NCBI GenBank assembly: GCA_050273025.1
Contig: CP158636.1
Coordinates: forward strand, 12,772,001 to 12,836,000
Length of the DNA: 64,000 bases
From: Cenococcum geophilum
Taxonomy: Eukaryota
Direction of reading: 5' to 3'
The first letter of the stretch is position 1. Each line of letters begins with the position of its first letter. Of this stretch, positions 40,481 to 55,440 are shown piece after piece. The translations under genes and the position numbers were made by a program. The notes below the pieces were generated by a model. It was not told the origin of the DNA. It saw nothing but the letters and a program-made list of their open reading frames with translations, and did no database searches.

Positions 40481-42149
40481 ATAAGGTATTTATATTAATT
40501 AGGTGTTAGATTCTAGATATTCAGCTTTTTATCTTAAGTAACTATCTTTCTAGCTAAATAAAGTAAGGAGATATTATTTACCCTGGAGAGCGTATTAGTA
40601 TAATATACACTATTATAAACGCTAAAAGTCTAATTAGATCTAAAATTAAAGGTTAAAAGGGTTATATAGTGGTTTCTTATAAGTTATAATAACTAGTCCG
40701 CCTTTTAATTACTGCTAAATATAAAAATAGTATGTATAAATAATAAGACGAGCAACAAGATTCGCGAGATTATTTAACGTATATTAGATAAGAACATTTA
40801 TTTAAAGGAACTGGACTTTTGTTTATACTTACCTAGAGGATATAACGGGCGGCTAAGGAGTATGTTTAATCTTAAGAGATTAAAGGATATTGGAGGAAGT
40901 GTGTAGGTTCGCTTAATATAATGGATTTAGAGGGGTAGATTTTCTTAGATACCTAAGAGTCTCTAAAGTCCTCTTATAATTTAGTAAATATAGCTTACTA
41001 GTTATACCCTAAGCATTATATGGATATAGTAATTATAATTACTTAGCTGGATAGAAAGTGGGTCGGAGATTGTAGTATTTTAACTATAGGAAGTTATTAG
41101 AGTATATCTAAAGGAACTAACATTTTGTTAATTAGGAGGGTTTATAAATAGGGATAAATTAAAGATTCTAACTCTAAAAACAGGCTCTGGAACCTTTATA
41201 TATATATAGTAAGGGAGCCAGTACTAAAGATCGTTAGTTGACGATATATTAGCAATACAATTTTGGCAATTATTTTAACTTAATTTAACCCCTACACAAT
41301 TTCATCCTTAATTTCCTTCTATAACTTTTAGTAATTATTAAGTACCTACTAAAGGAATTTAATAATAAGCCTTGCTTCTGCCATAACATATATACTTCTA
41401 TAGTGCTTTTACCGTAGATGCTAAAGCTCTAGCGTAAGCTGGCCATTCTCCCGCGTTGTCTACTTAAGCATTTATTAAAGATTAGAAGTCGGCATTTCCT
41501 TAGATATTTATAATTTGTCTTTAGTTACTTTAATTATTATAGATAACTTATCATTGCAGCTAATTTCTATATTAGTAGTAGTGGGCGTTAAAGGTCCATT
41601 AGAAGTAGGGGGGAAAAGACAGATTTTTATTCGCTTATATTTAGGTATAATTCTTATATTAAGAGTTATCTATAGGTTTATACTTACGGCTATGGATTTA
41701 TATCTTTATAGCATCACGCTAGGGGTAAAAGTCGTTTACTATTAGTGCTTAGGGCCCGCTTTTAGTCTATATTAGATTTAGAAATTATAGGGTCCTAGTT
41801 TACGGCTCCCGCTATAATGCTAGGGTCCGCGGAGCTTAGAAAAGCTTATACCTAGCGTAAGCTATATCCTTTCCATAAGGGAGATACAAAAGTTTTAGTA
41901 ATATAGGAGAATAATATTAGTAACTTCTCGCTAATTAATTTAGTAGCTACTTTTCTAGCTTATACTAGATATAGGGTATTAGTTCTTAGACCCTTTATAT
42001 AGTCGTTAGCATTTAACCGTCTAAAGTTTTTACTTAGTTAAATGTTGGCATTAGGGAGAGGCGCTGTTTAAAGATGAAATTGAAACCAACTAATATATAA
42101 ATGAGTGTAACTATATGCCTACTATACGCTCTAGAAATAAGAGAATGCT

Positions 42150-43900
42150 AGTGCTATTCTTTAACTCTATACTTTTATATCCCTATATTATACCTTATTA
42201 CTACCCGCCTACGCTTTTTACCCCTCTTAAGGGGCATTACCTACTGCTCTAAGCTCTCTCTATATGGTCTTTTCCTAGTACTTAGGGACCGGATCGGTTC
42301 CGAAGATAACTTTAGGCCTACTAATTCCAATTACATCCGCTTAAATTTACTGATTTTACTCTTAGCAGCACTAATACAATTAGCAGTATTAATTAATACA
42401 TTTTAATGATCTTATATCATCTTAGACTTTTCGTTTAGATAATCTCGCATTATCTTAGACTTCTCATTCTTATAATCTTATATTATCTTAGACTTTTTAT
42501 TTATATATTCTTGTATTATCTTAGCCTTCTTATTTAGAAGCTCCTCGATCCTACCTTCGAGTACCTCCTTTATTATAGTAGCATTTTCTACTATATCCTA
42601 GTCTGCCTTACTTATATTATAGTCCTTATTATTGCCTAAAATGGCCTTACCACCTAGATATCGCTTATATTCCCAAATCCTAAACTTATAGGTGTAAATG
42701 GTTTCTTAAGTACTTTCTAGTTCCTGATATAGGGACAAACACTTATTTACCATGTCGCTAAGTTCTATAATTGCTTTCTTATGCTGCGTATATAGAGATT
42801 TGTATATATTAGCGCACTAAAGACGGTTTTGCTCGTAGGTAGCGAGTGCGGCTTAGAAGTTATATAGGTTTATATAAGAGATACCTATAATCTATAAAGC
42901 ATTATAAAGCCTGTTATTAATAGCGAGAAGTTGCTGGTTAATAGGAAGAGATTAAAGTCAAGCGTTGATGCGAGAACTCGATGGTTCTTTTTTTATATTA
43001 ATGCGGGTTACCTAATAGATTAGATAAAACTGGTACCTAAGACTTTTAGGTCTTACCTAAACTATATTACTACGTTTAATATAACGTCCGGGCTATTAAG
43101 GGGCTATATTTTAACTAAAGGACGGCGTATATTAGAGGGCTCTGGCTTAGATTGGTGGACTTTAGCTTAAATTAGTATCTTCTAGCTTAATAAATGGAAT
43201 GCCTTATATCCGTAGAAAGAAGGAAAGTTAAAGCTATATAGAGCCTAAGCGGGCGGTGCCGTTTAGTGCGAATGTTGCTATTTATACCTCCTAGGAGAGG
43301 ATAAGCTCTAAAATAAAGTTTAAGCGCTATGTCTGCACTTTAAAGTCTTATCTAAAGCTAAAATTACTATTACTAAGCCCAGAAATTCTAAAAACTTCTA
43401 AAAAGTCCGACGGAATAGTATATATTACGGCGCGGATAGAGAACGTGTAAGTGATAGGAAAACTCCTAGCCCTATAGTCCTTTGCCAAGAGATATACCCT
43501 ATATTATAGCGCTAAGAAGGACGCCCTATACTACTAAGAGGAGGACGCCCTATACTGCTAAAAGGAGGACGCGTAAGTAATAGGCAAATTCCTAGCCCTA
43601 TAGTCGTTCGCCAAGAGATATGCCCTATATTACGGCGCGGAGGAGGACGCCCTATACTACGGCGTGGGGGAGCGTACGTAAATAGTAGGCAAATTCCTAG
43701 CCTTATCCCTTTAACCGTCAAGTTATATCTAATGTTATTAATAATATTTTAGCTAATAAGGAGCCTAGATTAACGAACTTTTAATATTATATACACGGAC
43801 CTATTATCTTATTAATAAGGTAAGACGCTAGATAGTTATTCGCTAAGGGGTATACCTAATATTGCGGCGTAGGGGGCGCGTAAGTGGTAGGCGGTAAACT
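42150..43900 (-). pseudogene. Hypothetical coiled-coil protein remnant with internal tandem repeats
   Basis: Frame ...IIKEVLEGRIEELLNKKAKIIQEYINKKSKII.DYKNEKSKIMRDYLNEKSKMI (33-bp repeats at ~42410-42535); degenerate repeats at 43430-43710. Confidence 0.45.
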
Positions 43901-46900
43901 CCTTCGCTAGGGGTATAATACTATACTAACGTTACTAATTACCTCTTAGAATAGCTAAAGAAAACTAGCGTTAGTTTTTAACCACTTTTGCTAAATAAAG
44001 GAAGTTTAATATAAGCCGTATTCTTTTTTACTGCCTTAGGGGCCCTTCCTAATTTAAAGGGACTATATTTTGGTTCCTTACGGGGTTCTAGTTTTTAGGC
44101 ACTTAGTATACCCTCTTATAAGAATTATAGTAGAAAGGCCTTAACTATAATTTTAAAATTTACTATGCACTCTTAGATAAAACACGGCTATTATAAATAA
44201 ATATATCTAATATATAGGAGCTTTATCTTTAAACTTTAATTAATAAAAAGCTTTATAAGAATAGAGGCTATCTCTAAAAGTTTCTGGTATACTAACAATT
44301 ATATATAAGACTTTAACTATTTACAGTGGATGCTAATAAGAGGTTATTAAGGAGTGAGGAAGCTGTAGATCTGGCTATAGAAGAGGTATAGGACTAGCTT
44401 TAAGGCGGATAGTATAAAGGGATAATAATCCTTAAGGACAGGATTACTATACATTTTAGTACTAATAGACTCTTGTCTTTAATGCTAGAAGACAGTATAA
44501 ATCTATAGTTATTTATAATTGACCTATGGGGAATAAAGCGGGAAGATATAGATTAGGAGTTAGGATAAGGCGTAGTAATAAGACATTAAATCTAAAACCT
44601 TGGTTTTAAGGGGAGAGACTAGTCTAAGCTATAATAATAAAATAGAAATAGATCTAAGCCACTAAGCATGGACTGTTTCTATTAATTTTTTACTCTATAG
44701 TAGTAGAAGGTAAAAGCGTAACACTTAAGAAAACAATTAACGCTTGAAACTAACGATAATACAAGCGTTTATATGCTACTATATCTACGCAGAGTATATA
44801 GCAAGTCTCTTAGTTAGCCGCTAACCAAGCAGTTACTAAGATATTATAGTAGGACTTTACCTATTTAGAAAGCTACCCTTGCTATAAATCGTGCGATTTT
44901 CCGCTATAGCTTCCTAATAAGCACTGTTTATAACTATCTATAAACGTATTATGCAATTTAACTAGCATAGCTAGTCTACTAACAACCGCCTGGGGATGGC
45001 CCGTACAGAATAATCTATCTAGTTTTCCAGCCATAATCCTAGACGATTCGCTACTATAGATACAGCCTGCTGTTAAAGATTAAAATGTTTTATTTAAGCT
45101 ATTAAGTAAGGAAGAGGGACTTAAGGAACTTAAGTAAGCCGTTTTGGGGCTTTAAAATAGAGTAGAGAAACTTAAAGGGCTTTTTATAAACCTATAGAAT
45201 GATTTTAAAAGCTTTTAAAATAATTTTAGGAACTAGCAGAATAAGTAAGTCTCTATATAGGTGGGAAGTTTTTAAATACAGCTAATATATACTTATAGAT
45301 TAGAGGAATAAAAGATAAGGTAATAGTTTAGGACCTACTAATGGTTCGATTTCTAACAATATAATAGGTTTTATTAGGAGATCAATGCTTCTGTTAAAAA
45401 GTTAAAGGTATAGACAGTAGAATTTAAGCGGACTATAGATAGCGTAGTAGGAGAGCTTAAAGATAGTACGAAGTTAAAGTAGCTAGGTTATTTAGGAATA
45501 GTTTATACTGTTACTAGCTAACAGTTTATTAGTTACTCTAAGTGGAATTTATATAGTAAGCGACTATTTATTAGTATAGGACTCTATAGAGATAGAGGAA
45601 TGCATCTACTATATCTCTTTTCTATTCTAATAAGGTGCTTAACTGCCTAACCCTAGTAGGAATATATAGGCAACGTTTTTAGTTAAGAGAAGTCCATTTT
45701 TAGGACCGCTTATTTTTAGGAGTAGAATGGGCTATTCTTATATAATTAGGCTCTAGGCTCTATATAACTGGCTGCTAGAATATATATAACTTAAATAACA
45801 ACCCGCCTTCTCTTACCCCTATTATTACTTGGTTACTATTTAGCACCTCTTAAAATTTACAAGTGCGCGCACTATATTAATTTCTTATATAATATACTAT
45901 ATTTTACCTACATTACGGCTGCTTAAAAAAGCCTTTATTAGAAAAAGAAAAAGGGTTGCCTAGCGTCTCTACTTATCTCTTTAACGTAGTTAGAGGAGTA
46001 TATAAGAAATCTAGATTAAAGAGATTTAACGTCCGTCCCTGGGTTAAGAGACGCACCCCGTTAAGAGACAAATTTGCAGTTTTAACCTCTAAAGTCTCTT
46101 ACTCGGGAGTTAATAAAGTTATACTTAATGTCTTCTTATTCTTTAGCTATTTCTTTATATAGAAACCACTCTACAGCGAGAAAATAACTATAGTTGGTTA
46201 TGCTATTAATTATCCTATCAGTGGCGTTAAGAGCCACTTTAGCTATTCCCCCCTGCTCTATTATGACTATAGGCCTAAGTATAAATTTTAGGGTCCTAGA
46301 TTAATAGCTCTATTAAAAAAAATATATAATTTAAAAGTTTTAAAACACTCTACTTTTATAAATATGTATTTAGGGAATTTCGCTAGGCGGAGAAGGGGTA
46401 TCTACTAAGGCGTGATAATTTAGTACGTATTAATGTGCATTAGTATGCTTATATTAAACTATATTTTTATAATATTAATTTTAACACTATTCTATTTTTA
46501 AAATACATTTTAGCATTATTATAACGCACGTAATCTCTTCCCCGCTTCCTATTATTAAATATTTTAAATATTAACTACCACCTTAAAACCTTCTAAGAAC
46601 GTCTATAAATATTTATTAAATTATACTGCGAGAGCACGGTAAACAAGATATGCCACTATATATCTTTCCCTAAAAAGTATACGTGCAACTATATAGTCGA
46701 CTATAAGATCTAAGACTATTACCTAAACGCACTAGATAGCGAAACTCCTTACTTAAACTAAAAGCCGATAAAGGGTAAAAACGGAGCAATTATGTAATTA
46801 GGTAGTTCCTTAGCGAAAGGGAATTGCCCTAACTATACCTAATAGTATATTTAACGTTAAGTGTGCTTATTAATATGCTAATTTCTAAACCTATAAGACT

Positions 46901-47029
46901 GCCGCAAGCAACCTAAATGCCGATATTATAAAGGCTAATGCTGCTGTTTTGGAGGGATTAAAGGATTTAGGAGTAATTTAACGGCTCTTTAGACTTATTA
47001 TTAGTAATAAAGTTTTTAGCAAAAATAAC

Positions 47030-47720
47030 ATACCTTTGAATTTTTCTACAACTTTATCTGTACTGTAGTAATTTCCTTCTTAGTAGTTTATAATAATATG
47101 GCCTATAAGACCTAAGTGTTCTGTGTTAAGGAATTAATAGCTTTTAAATAACTCTTTAATCTCTTTATTAGTCTGACTATTAAAAGAAGTTTGGCCACTC
47201 GCTACCTTATATAGGGTAGATCTAAGAGCGAAGATATTTACCTATACCGATAGTAGCTCTTTAGGGTATTAATAATTATAAGCTACGGTAATAAGGAGAG
47301 CAGAGCTATCTAAAGATGAGCTATTAAAGTCGGCGACTTTTGCATGCAAATCTTGGTCTAAGAGAATATTACAGTATTATAGGTCCCTATACATTACGCC
47401 GTTTAAATAGATAAAAGTGACTATATCCGTAATTTCCTATCCCTATTAAAGCTGCTGTTTTAAAGTAACGTTGTCCTTATAATCCCAAAGATAGGCTCAG
47501 AGATTATAATTACTTATAAACTTAAGCCGAATACCAGCGTCGCAACGCCCTCGATATTGTAAAAGCCCTGTATTACCGCCACGTTTATTAAAGCGCTCGT
47601 ATATAGCTCTTTTAATGAGAATTGCATCGTCGTTTTTAAAGTGAGGGATTTTAATAACACTCCTTAATAAGGCGTCTAGATAGACAAAGCTAAAGCTTCC
47701 CTAGTTTACCAAATCATCTC
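47030..47720 (-). pseudogene. Protein kinase domain pseudogene
   Basis: GSF(G)FVY..VIKIPH; GIRL(E)F..NYNL; GVM(H)RDL..CNILLDQDLHAKVADF(G)SSSLD; V(D)IFAL(G)STLY(E). Confidence 0.92.
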
Positions 47721-48454
47721 TTATACAGCCCTTTAGCCATCTAATTTGTATTTCTAAGGGCTTTTAAACTACGGTGTTATATAGAAGACGTTAGGTGGAA
47801 TATAAATTAAGTAGAGTTATATAGTCATTTATTATTAAGGGGCGGCTTGTTAGGACCGGAGTTGTTTTAGGTTCTTAGCCACATTCTAGCAAAGTGCTTC
47901 GCTATATTAGCGCCGTTAAATCACGTAATAAGGAATTAACTTTATAGTTAAGTCTTCTATATTTACAGCTAATTTATATTAACTCGTACCTAAAACAGCA
48001 TTATAGATTTATTAGTTCTTTCTAAGTTTAATCTATTAACGCCTCTATTAACATTTATGAGACCCCATTATAGAGAGTAGGCTCTATCTCCTGTATATTA
48101 AGTCTCCCTATACTCTTAAGGGTTTATAAAGCATAGACTAGGGTTATATAACTTTTTAAAGTATAATTCGCTCATTCCTAAGCCATGGCTTGCAGCCCTA
48201 TACGCGTGTTATTAATTAAACGTTTAGAGTTAGTATAGAAAATTCAAGGTTTGCTAAGGATATTGGAACTCTCGCAGCTTTCTACTCCTTAATTACCGCC
48301 TAGTGCGGCCTTAAAAATCTAAGGATTTGGAAACTAGGGCGGCTAAAAATGGATATGCCTAAAATAGGCTATTCTTTAGGGTCTGGCTCGGTCCCTAACT
48401 CCGCGCCGTCCTTTACCTACCTCACTATTGTTTATTCCCTTCTATTGCTATTAC

Positions 48455-49242
48455 TATAGTAAGCTAATATAGACCGAGCCAGTTAAGTACTAGTATAAGG
48501 AGTGCCTCCTAGCGTTCCTAAATTATACTATGCACTAGTAGATTATAGGAAAGTTCCTTATACTACCCTCCATTATCGTATAAAGGGATAACGGTTAATT
48601 AAAGAGAAGGCTAAAAGCTAAGAGTATCTTAACCTATATAAAGATAAAGCCGTTATAGATTTTTTGTTGTAAATGTCTTATCTTAGACAGCTAGTGCGGA
48701 TAAAGTATATATCTTTAATAGCCTTCCTTACTACCTATAACCGGCTAATGTAAAAAAGACTATATAAACCCCTAGGCAAGAATTGGGCCAAGGCCCTAGA
48801 GAATTATTATCTAGAACTTAAAGCAAGAATAGTTAAGGCGCTAGACTAGAACCGTTACGAGAAAAACATCTATAAGAAGATTATAGACTAGTTTGAGAAG
48901 ATTGGGTAGGTATTACAAGATCTAGCCATTTTAGTAGAAAATGTATACAATATGGATGAGACTAGAGTAATGCTATCTATGCTAAGCTCCGTTAAGGTCC
49001 TTATAGGTAAGGACGATATATAAGACTATAGAGGTGCGCGTGTTAAGCAAATGATGGTTACCGCGATTAAATGCATTAGCGCTGACGGTAGGTATTTGAT
49101 ACCTATAATTATTTGGCCTGCTACTACCTATTAAAGTAACTAGACCACGTTCTAAACCCCTAGATAGCAGTATACGTGCTCTAAATCTAGATATACCAAC
49201 TTTAAGATTAGCTTAGAGTGGCTTAAGCGTATATTTAATCCC
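48455..49242 (+). pseudogene. pogo/Fot1-family transposase (HTH + N-part of DDE_1), 3'-truncated
   Basis: KP(P)GKNWAKALE; ALD(W)NR.EKNIY; ENVYNMDET(G)VMLS; VTAI(E)CISADGRYL; ends at ISLEWLKRIF(D)P. Confidence 0.95.
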
Positions 49243-52200
49243 TATATATATAATTTTCTGTTTAGCAAAGCTTATAAGCTTTAGATTAACTTTAATCTTT
49301 AATCTAAGTAAAAAGATAAATTCTAGAACGCGGCCATTTTATTTTATTATATCTAATACAAAGTACTTATAATTTGTCTCTTTATAGGGTACGTCTCTTA
49401 ACCGAGGGATGGACATTAAAGTTTTAGGCCTTTATAATGCAATATATCGGAAGTATGCCTATAAACTATTAAAGCAATTACTAATAAAGAGATAAAAGTT
49501 GCTAGCCTTTAAAGCAATATTAATATAGCTAAATCTATCTACCTAGACTATATCCTAAATCTTTAATAGATTTTATCCTAATTCCCCAGAACGCAAGCCA
49601 GTCTCACTTAGCCGCTATTTTCTCACGAGTGTATTTTTTAAGCGCATTGTGTATTAACTAAATAGCTTTATAGGCCTTCTGTAGTAGATTAAGTGTAGAA
49701 CACTAGTATTCCTAATAGCGTATAAGACGTCGCTGTAAGAGGAAATTCTCCCTTATAAGCCTTTTAAGGGTCTTTAGTTAGTCCCTTTTCTAAAACTCTT
49801 CTACCCTTTTTATTAAGGTTTTAATAGAGAAAGTTTTATTTAGGGTGGAGGGTTATATAGTTAAAATCTTAGTTTTATAGCTAGAGTTAGTGTTTATATT
49901 ATCGTTTGTAAGATAAGTAGGGGTACACTTTAATAGTAATATAGTGGAAAATATTGCTAAGTGCCAGTTTTTAGGCGGGAAACTTAGGAACCCAAAATGT
50001 ATCCCTTTTACTATTATTATCTAGGACCCACTTCCGGCCAAGGACCTAGTTTTGGGCCCGTTAACATATAGAACAACAGTGCTCCTAGCAATATGCCCTC
50101 TATATTAGGTCTATTTCTAAAACGGCAACTATTATTTATAAGGCGCCTCTGCCTTTTAATAGTCTATTTAAGCGTACTTTTGTTATAATTAATTTTTATA
50201 TCTTTAGAAACACTACTAAGCTAATCTAAGCTATTTTAATCTAGAAGATTAATTACTACTTCAACTAAAAATTAAATAAATTAGTATGTTCTGCGGATGC
50301 GGTTATGCGCTAATATGGCCTAAAAAGAGCTCTTATGGGCCTATGTTAGAGGATAAGCCGATTTACTCCCCTCGCATTATAAAAAAAATGCAGGAGAAAT
50401 CTTCTACTAATGGAGATAAGGTAACTGTGGTGCGCTTTTATAAGCCTAGTTAAATCTATTTTAAAAGACCTGCCGTGCCGTTACTAGAACCTATAGTGAT
50501 AGAAGATCTAGCTAGCAATACTAGGGAAGAGTAAAAAGGATGTCTCCTTATAGGTTAAGGGGATTAGCCTTATATAGTGCGCTAAACATCCATTTATCTT
50601 TATTTATAAATCTAAGGATTATTCCTAAATTATATTACTTAGATATAGTAATCTTATTAGATCTAAATCTACCTTATATTAGATTTAATGCAAAGTTATA
50701 CCTCTTTAGGCAGGTTTCTAGCTAATATAGGAAGACACTAAGCCTAAAGTAATTTGGGCTGGAGTAGATCTAAGGCTAAATCCACTCTACTCCTATCTAA
50801 TAAGATTACTGCTTAGATAACACGTTTATAATGGCGTCGCTTATAATATAAATAGAGTGGTACTCTACTAATAACTAATAAGTTTAATAGTAATCTTCTG
50901 GCGTAAAGTAAGTGCTAATAAATAATTCTAATTAATTATATTATCGCCTCTACCTTTATATATCTATATATAAAGCAGTAAAGTAAGAAACCATATTAGC
51001 GCTAGATTAGAACTATAGCTATCTAAATAAAGATAGCAGATAAAAGCGCAGAAATATCTAAAAAGCCCTACTTAGATAGGACACCTACTCTAATAAGAAT
51101 GCTAGGGTTTGTTAGTATAGGCGTTGCAAACGGTTAAACTAAAGGTCTAGCAGTTGCGTTAAAGTTAAAGGATAAGTTAGTAGCGTTTAGCGGGATTATA
51201 GTAATATTAGACTAAGAGGTTGCGGAGTATATAGTAGGAGATCTATCTGTTTGATGAGGACTATAATATACTATTAAGGTTAAGTTTAAGAGAGAGGTAC
51301 TTTTAGGCCTATAAGAGCTAGATATAATAGCGAAATTAGTAAGGCTAATAATACCAGAGCCTAATAGATTACCAATCTAGATTTAAATAGTTGCCTCTGC
51401 ATAAGGGTATAAGCTATTTACTAAGGGTAAAAAATAAAAAGGAGTTAGTGCGGGTTTACTGGCGAATGCAGTTATAGCTAGGGCGATGCTACTAAGGTTT
51501 TAATTTTAAGCTAGACCTAGCCCGGTAGAAAATATAAAAACTTATATAATAGCGAGTAAATATATAGCCTTTTTTATTGTTATAGAACTTACTAATATAA
51601 ATGTAGGAGTAACCGCATTTATGTAATTGCCCTAAATGTCTTAAAAATATAAAAGGGGTCTAGAATACAGTCTTCGCGTAGGATAGTAAAGCTAACCCTT
51701 AGAGTATAGGTAACTAATTATAGCTAATAGAAGCCGCTTTTCGGTCCCTCTTATATAGAGCCTAAAAATAGGCCTTAGACTAGGTAGCCCCTTTTTAATC
51801 TTTAGAGTTCCGAATGCCAAAAAGAAGTATAAAAGGACGGTGCTTTATAGTAACCACATCCTATATGCCCTGAAATCGTTTTACGTTCTTTTACTTAAAT
51901 CGCTTATAGATTTTAATTAGCTAGCCTAATTTTATAAACTAAATAGTCTAGGGCATGCCTTATTTACGTCCCTTATTACTTAATATTAAGCAAGCACAAG
52001 CCTTAAACTCGTCCGCTATATAATCCGCCAGTAAATAAACTAGTGGACGTTAAAGCGCACGTCTTAGTGGGGAGCCTGCTTCGCGGTTACCGTAGGGCTA
52101 TAATCTACTACTAAGAAGAGGCTCAGTGCCCTGGGCGCGAGGTCGTCAATCTAATATTACTTCTTATTTTAACTCTATACTATCCCTAAGATAAAGTAAT

Positions 52201-52499
52201 CTACTAATTTACGAGAAGCGTACTGGTTAAACTCCTATATATATAAGTGCTATAACCGTAAAAAACATACCACCACCACCTTGTTTTCCCCCACGATAAT
52301 TTATAGAGTTTACTTCTATTTTTACTACTGCTATAGCCATTATATCTGCCTCTAAGCGCTTATAATAGCCACTAGAACTTTTTAATAGGCCTTCCTTTAG
52401 TAAGAACGCTACTCCGACTCCCTTTAGCTAGTAGTAAAAATAGTTGTTATAACCTGCAGAATCTAGCACCTCGTCTACTTTAGTAGGTAAATAGTAATT

Positions 52500-53022
52500 G
52501 CCTCCTAGAGATACAATTTCTAAAGGGTCTCCTAATATCTCTTCTTTATCTCCGTTAACTTTATAGCAACAGCCTATAAAATTAATTAAGTCTACTTTAA
52601 TTCCTAAATAACCTTAGCGGTTAGTATTACTAGAGACCTAATCTTAGTTACTAGCCCTTAAAGAGGAAGTTACTACCTCGTTTATATGTAAATAGCAATC
52701 GCCTTCTAGGGACCCTATTTCTAGAGAGTCTTCTAATATCCTCTTATCTCTATTAACTTTATAATAACAACCCGTAGAATTAATTGAGTCTACTTTAATT
52801 CCTAAATAACCTTAGCGGTTAGTGTTACTAAAGACCTAATCTTAGCCGGTAACCCCTAAAGAGGAAAATCCTATTTCTAGAGAGTCTCCTAATATTCTAT
52901 TATCTCTGTTAATTCTATAGCAATAACCCGCAGAATTAATTAAGTTTATTTTAATCCCCTAATAACCTTAGCAACTAGTATTAGTAGAAACTTAATCTTA
53001 GCTACTAACCCCCGGAGAGGAA
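52500..53022. repeat. Three degenerate tandem copies of a ~140-bp unit
   Basis: Unit ...AATTAATTAAGTCTACTTTAATTCCTAAATAACCTTAGCGGTTAG...GAGGAA at ~52530, ~52730, ~52885. Confidence 0.9.
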
Positions 53023-53689
53023 ACTATAAACTAGCTGCCTAATATATTAGACTAACCTTTTGATTTACCTCTATAGTAGGCACTTAGCCCTTTATAGAAA
53101 GTCTATATAAGGTAGTAAGAAGCACTAGAAGAAGATTAAAATAAACCTCTGTTATAGCTTTCCCGGTATATACTAACAGGAGTATTTTATTTAGCAGAAA
53201 AATCGGAGGCTTTTTATAACGTAGAATTAACATATAGCTTTTATTATTAGGCTATAAGGGATTTAGTATAGATAGACGGAGATTCTAGATATATATAATG
53301 TAGCTATACTATATACTGGGACTATATTAAGCGTAGCGGTCTTAATAACGGATACCTAGTCTATTCCACTTAGTCTATAAGTTTTACAAGTCGTCTACTG
53401 GAGTTAGAAGTAAAGGATTATATAATATTAAATAAAATTAGGATAGAGTGCTTTATATATAAAAGTGAACTAACGCAGACTATTTAATTGGTAGTCTTAC
53501 TATGTGACTATAGGTTCCACTAAGACTATATTAAAGACGGCGGCTTAGCAAATAGGTGTCCTAAATGCAAAAATTCGGTTCTAACGTACGGAAGTTAGCG
53601 CGAAGTTTATATACCATCCCCAACTCTTAGCAAAGTAGGCACTCCCCCACCACCTCCTAATATAGGAGGTACTGCTTTACTACCTCCTT

Positions 53690-55440
53690 GCGGAGAAAGT
53701 GCTATAATAAGGAATTAAGACAGGGATAGATTACTTAGCGAGTTATTTTACATTTATCCTAAAATTTAGCATATCTTTAAAGAAGAGAAACGGAGATTAT
53801 AAGAAATTTAGAACATAGCTAACTTTAATCTAGATAGATAGCTAAATAACTTCCGTGCTAACTATATAGATCCCAGAAGTAGTATAAGCAGCATTTTAAT
53901 ACAATGGCATTTCTCTAAATATAACCCAGATCTTAATATATAGGATCCTTAAGTCTAGGATATAGGGAGAAACTAGCGTAACACCACTTTCTATAACGCA
54001 ATTGTTACCGCGATTACCTCCTTAATAAACAATAATCTGGATAAAGGTAGCGTGAGGCTTGCATTTTATAACGCGAACTAAATTAGGTCTTAAGATACTA
54101 GTAATATATTTTATCCCAACTTTTGGTTGCCCTATAAAAGGATATATAGAAAAGCCACTATAGATAATAATTGGCAGAAAGTTAGATCGTATATAGTCAA
54201 ATATATTCGCAAATTCCATAATTATCCTATTATGGAAACGCTTTACCGCACGCTTAAGCTAACTTAAGAGGATAATAACAATAATAGAGAGTTTAGCGGA
54301 AATGTAACACCGTAAGAAAATAGCAGCTAAGCGTAGCGTAGCGGTAATGGAACCTTAGGGAACGCTAGTAATACTATTCTATCTATAGGAGGCAATAAAA
54401 ATAAAGGCGGAAACCAGCCCCTTAGTGGCACAGTCTTAACTATAAAAGGTAATAATAATAGAGACGGAAGCCAGCCCCCTAATAGTACGATTCCATCTAT
54501 AGGAGTTAATTAACCTCTAGATATTCTATCTACTAGGCCTAAACTATATACGTCTAGAAGATAGGTGTATAATAATAGAGTTAAAAAGGAGATTGTAGGC
54601 TATAAACCATATACTAGTGGATATTAATTGCTTCTATAGACCCCTGCTCCCTAAGGGGGTTACTTAAATTATAAATTAGTTGCAGCATATCTTCTAGGAG
54701 GGGACGCTATTATTAAGGGATATAAAGAATATATAACCGATTAAGGAGAACAGCTATTTCTCTTTAGGGAGAGTAGTATTAACCTCCTAAGAACTAAAAC
54801 TAAAGTAGAGATAACTATTACGGGCCAGAGCGTTTTTAGACGCTATACTACTCCTCTATCTAAAGGATATTTAAACGCACTAATATAATATTTAAGGCTA
54901 AAATTTTTAGGCGAGCCTGGAATATATTAGTATACTAAAGGCACATTAGAGAGATATTATAATTATCCCTAGGTTAAGAGTCTCCTATAAGGCCTCTACC
55001 GCGAATCTAAAATTTCGCCTTTAGTATTTGCTCCTTCTAAAACGCGGGAAAGAGTTATAAGACGTAGATGTTGGAATGCCACTACTGGAATAATAGGAGC
55101 TTAAGCTTCTCCGCCTTACTATGTAACCCCTCTACTAGGTACTAGCTATACTGCGCCTATTAGCCTAATAGCTACAGGACCTAATAACCAGCCTCCATAT
55201 TTAAACGCAACCCCTCAGCCTCCCTACGCAACTCCTCCACTAGATACTAGCAATTAACCTCCTCTATAGGCTACTAATCTAGCTAGTTTAGGAGGATCTA
55301 CTATTAAAGAACGACTTTTATGTCTTAAAGCGATGATTATAGAATTATTAAATGCGCAGCGTAAATAGAATAGGTAGATACGTGACTTTAGAAAGCACGC
55401 GGTTGCGGGGCTGCCTTTAATCCGCTTTAGATATTATTTA
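53690..55440 (+). pseudogene. Hypothetical protein pseudogene, paralogue A
   Basis: VYNNRVKKEIVGYKPYTSGY.LLL.TPAP.GGYLNY...GSTIKERLLCLKAMIIELLNAQR; paralogous to 59620-60455. Confidence 0.6.

Larger units (their letters stand above)
46029..49416. mobile_element. pogo/Fot1-type (Tc1/mariner) TIR element with internal kinase pseudogene and truncated transposase
   Basis: ~46-bp TIRs ACGTCCGTCCCTGGGTTAAGAGACGCACCCCGTTAAGAGACAAATT (46029-46074) vs reverse complement of 49371-49416, 7 mismatches, mostly transitions; TA at 46027-28 and 49417-18. Confidence 0.85.
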
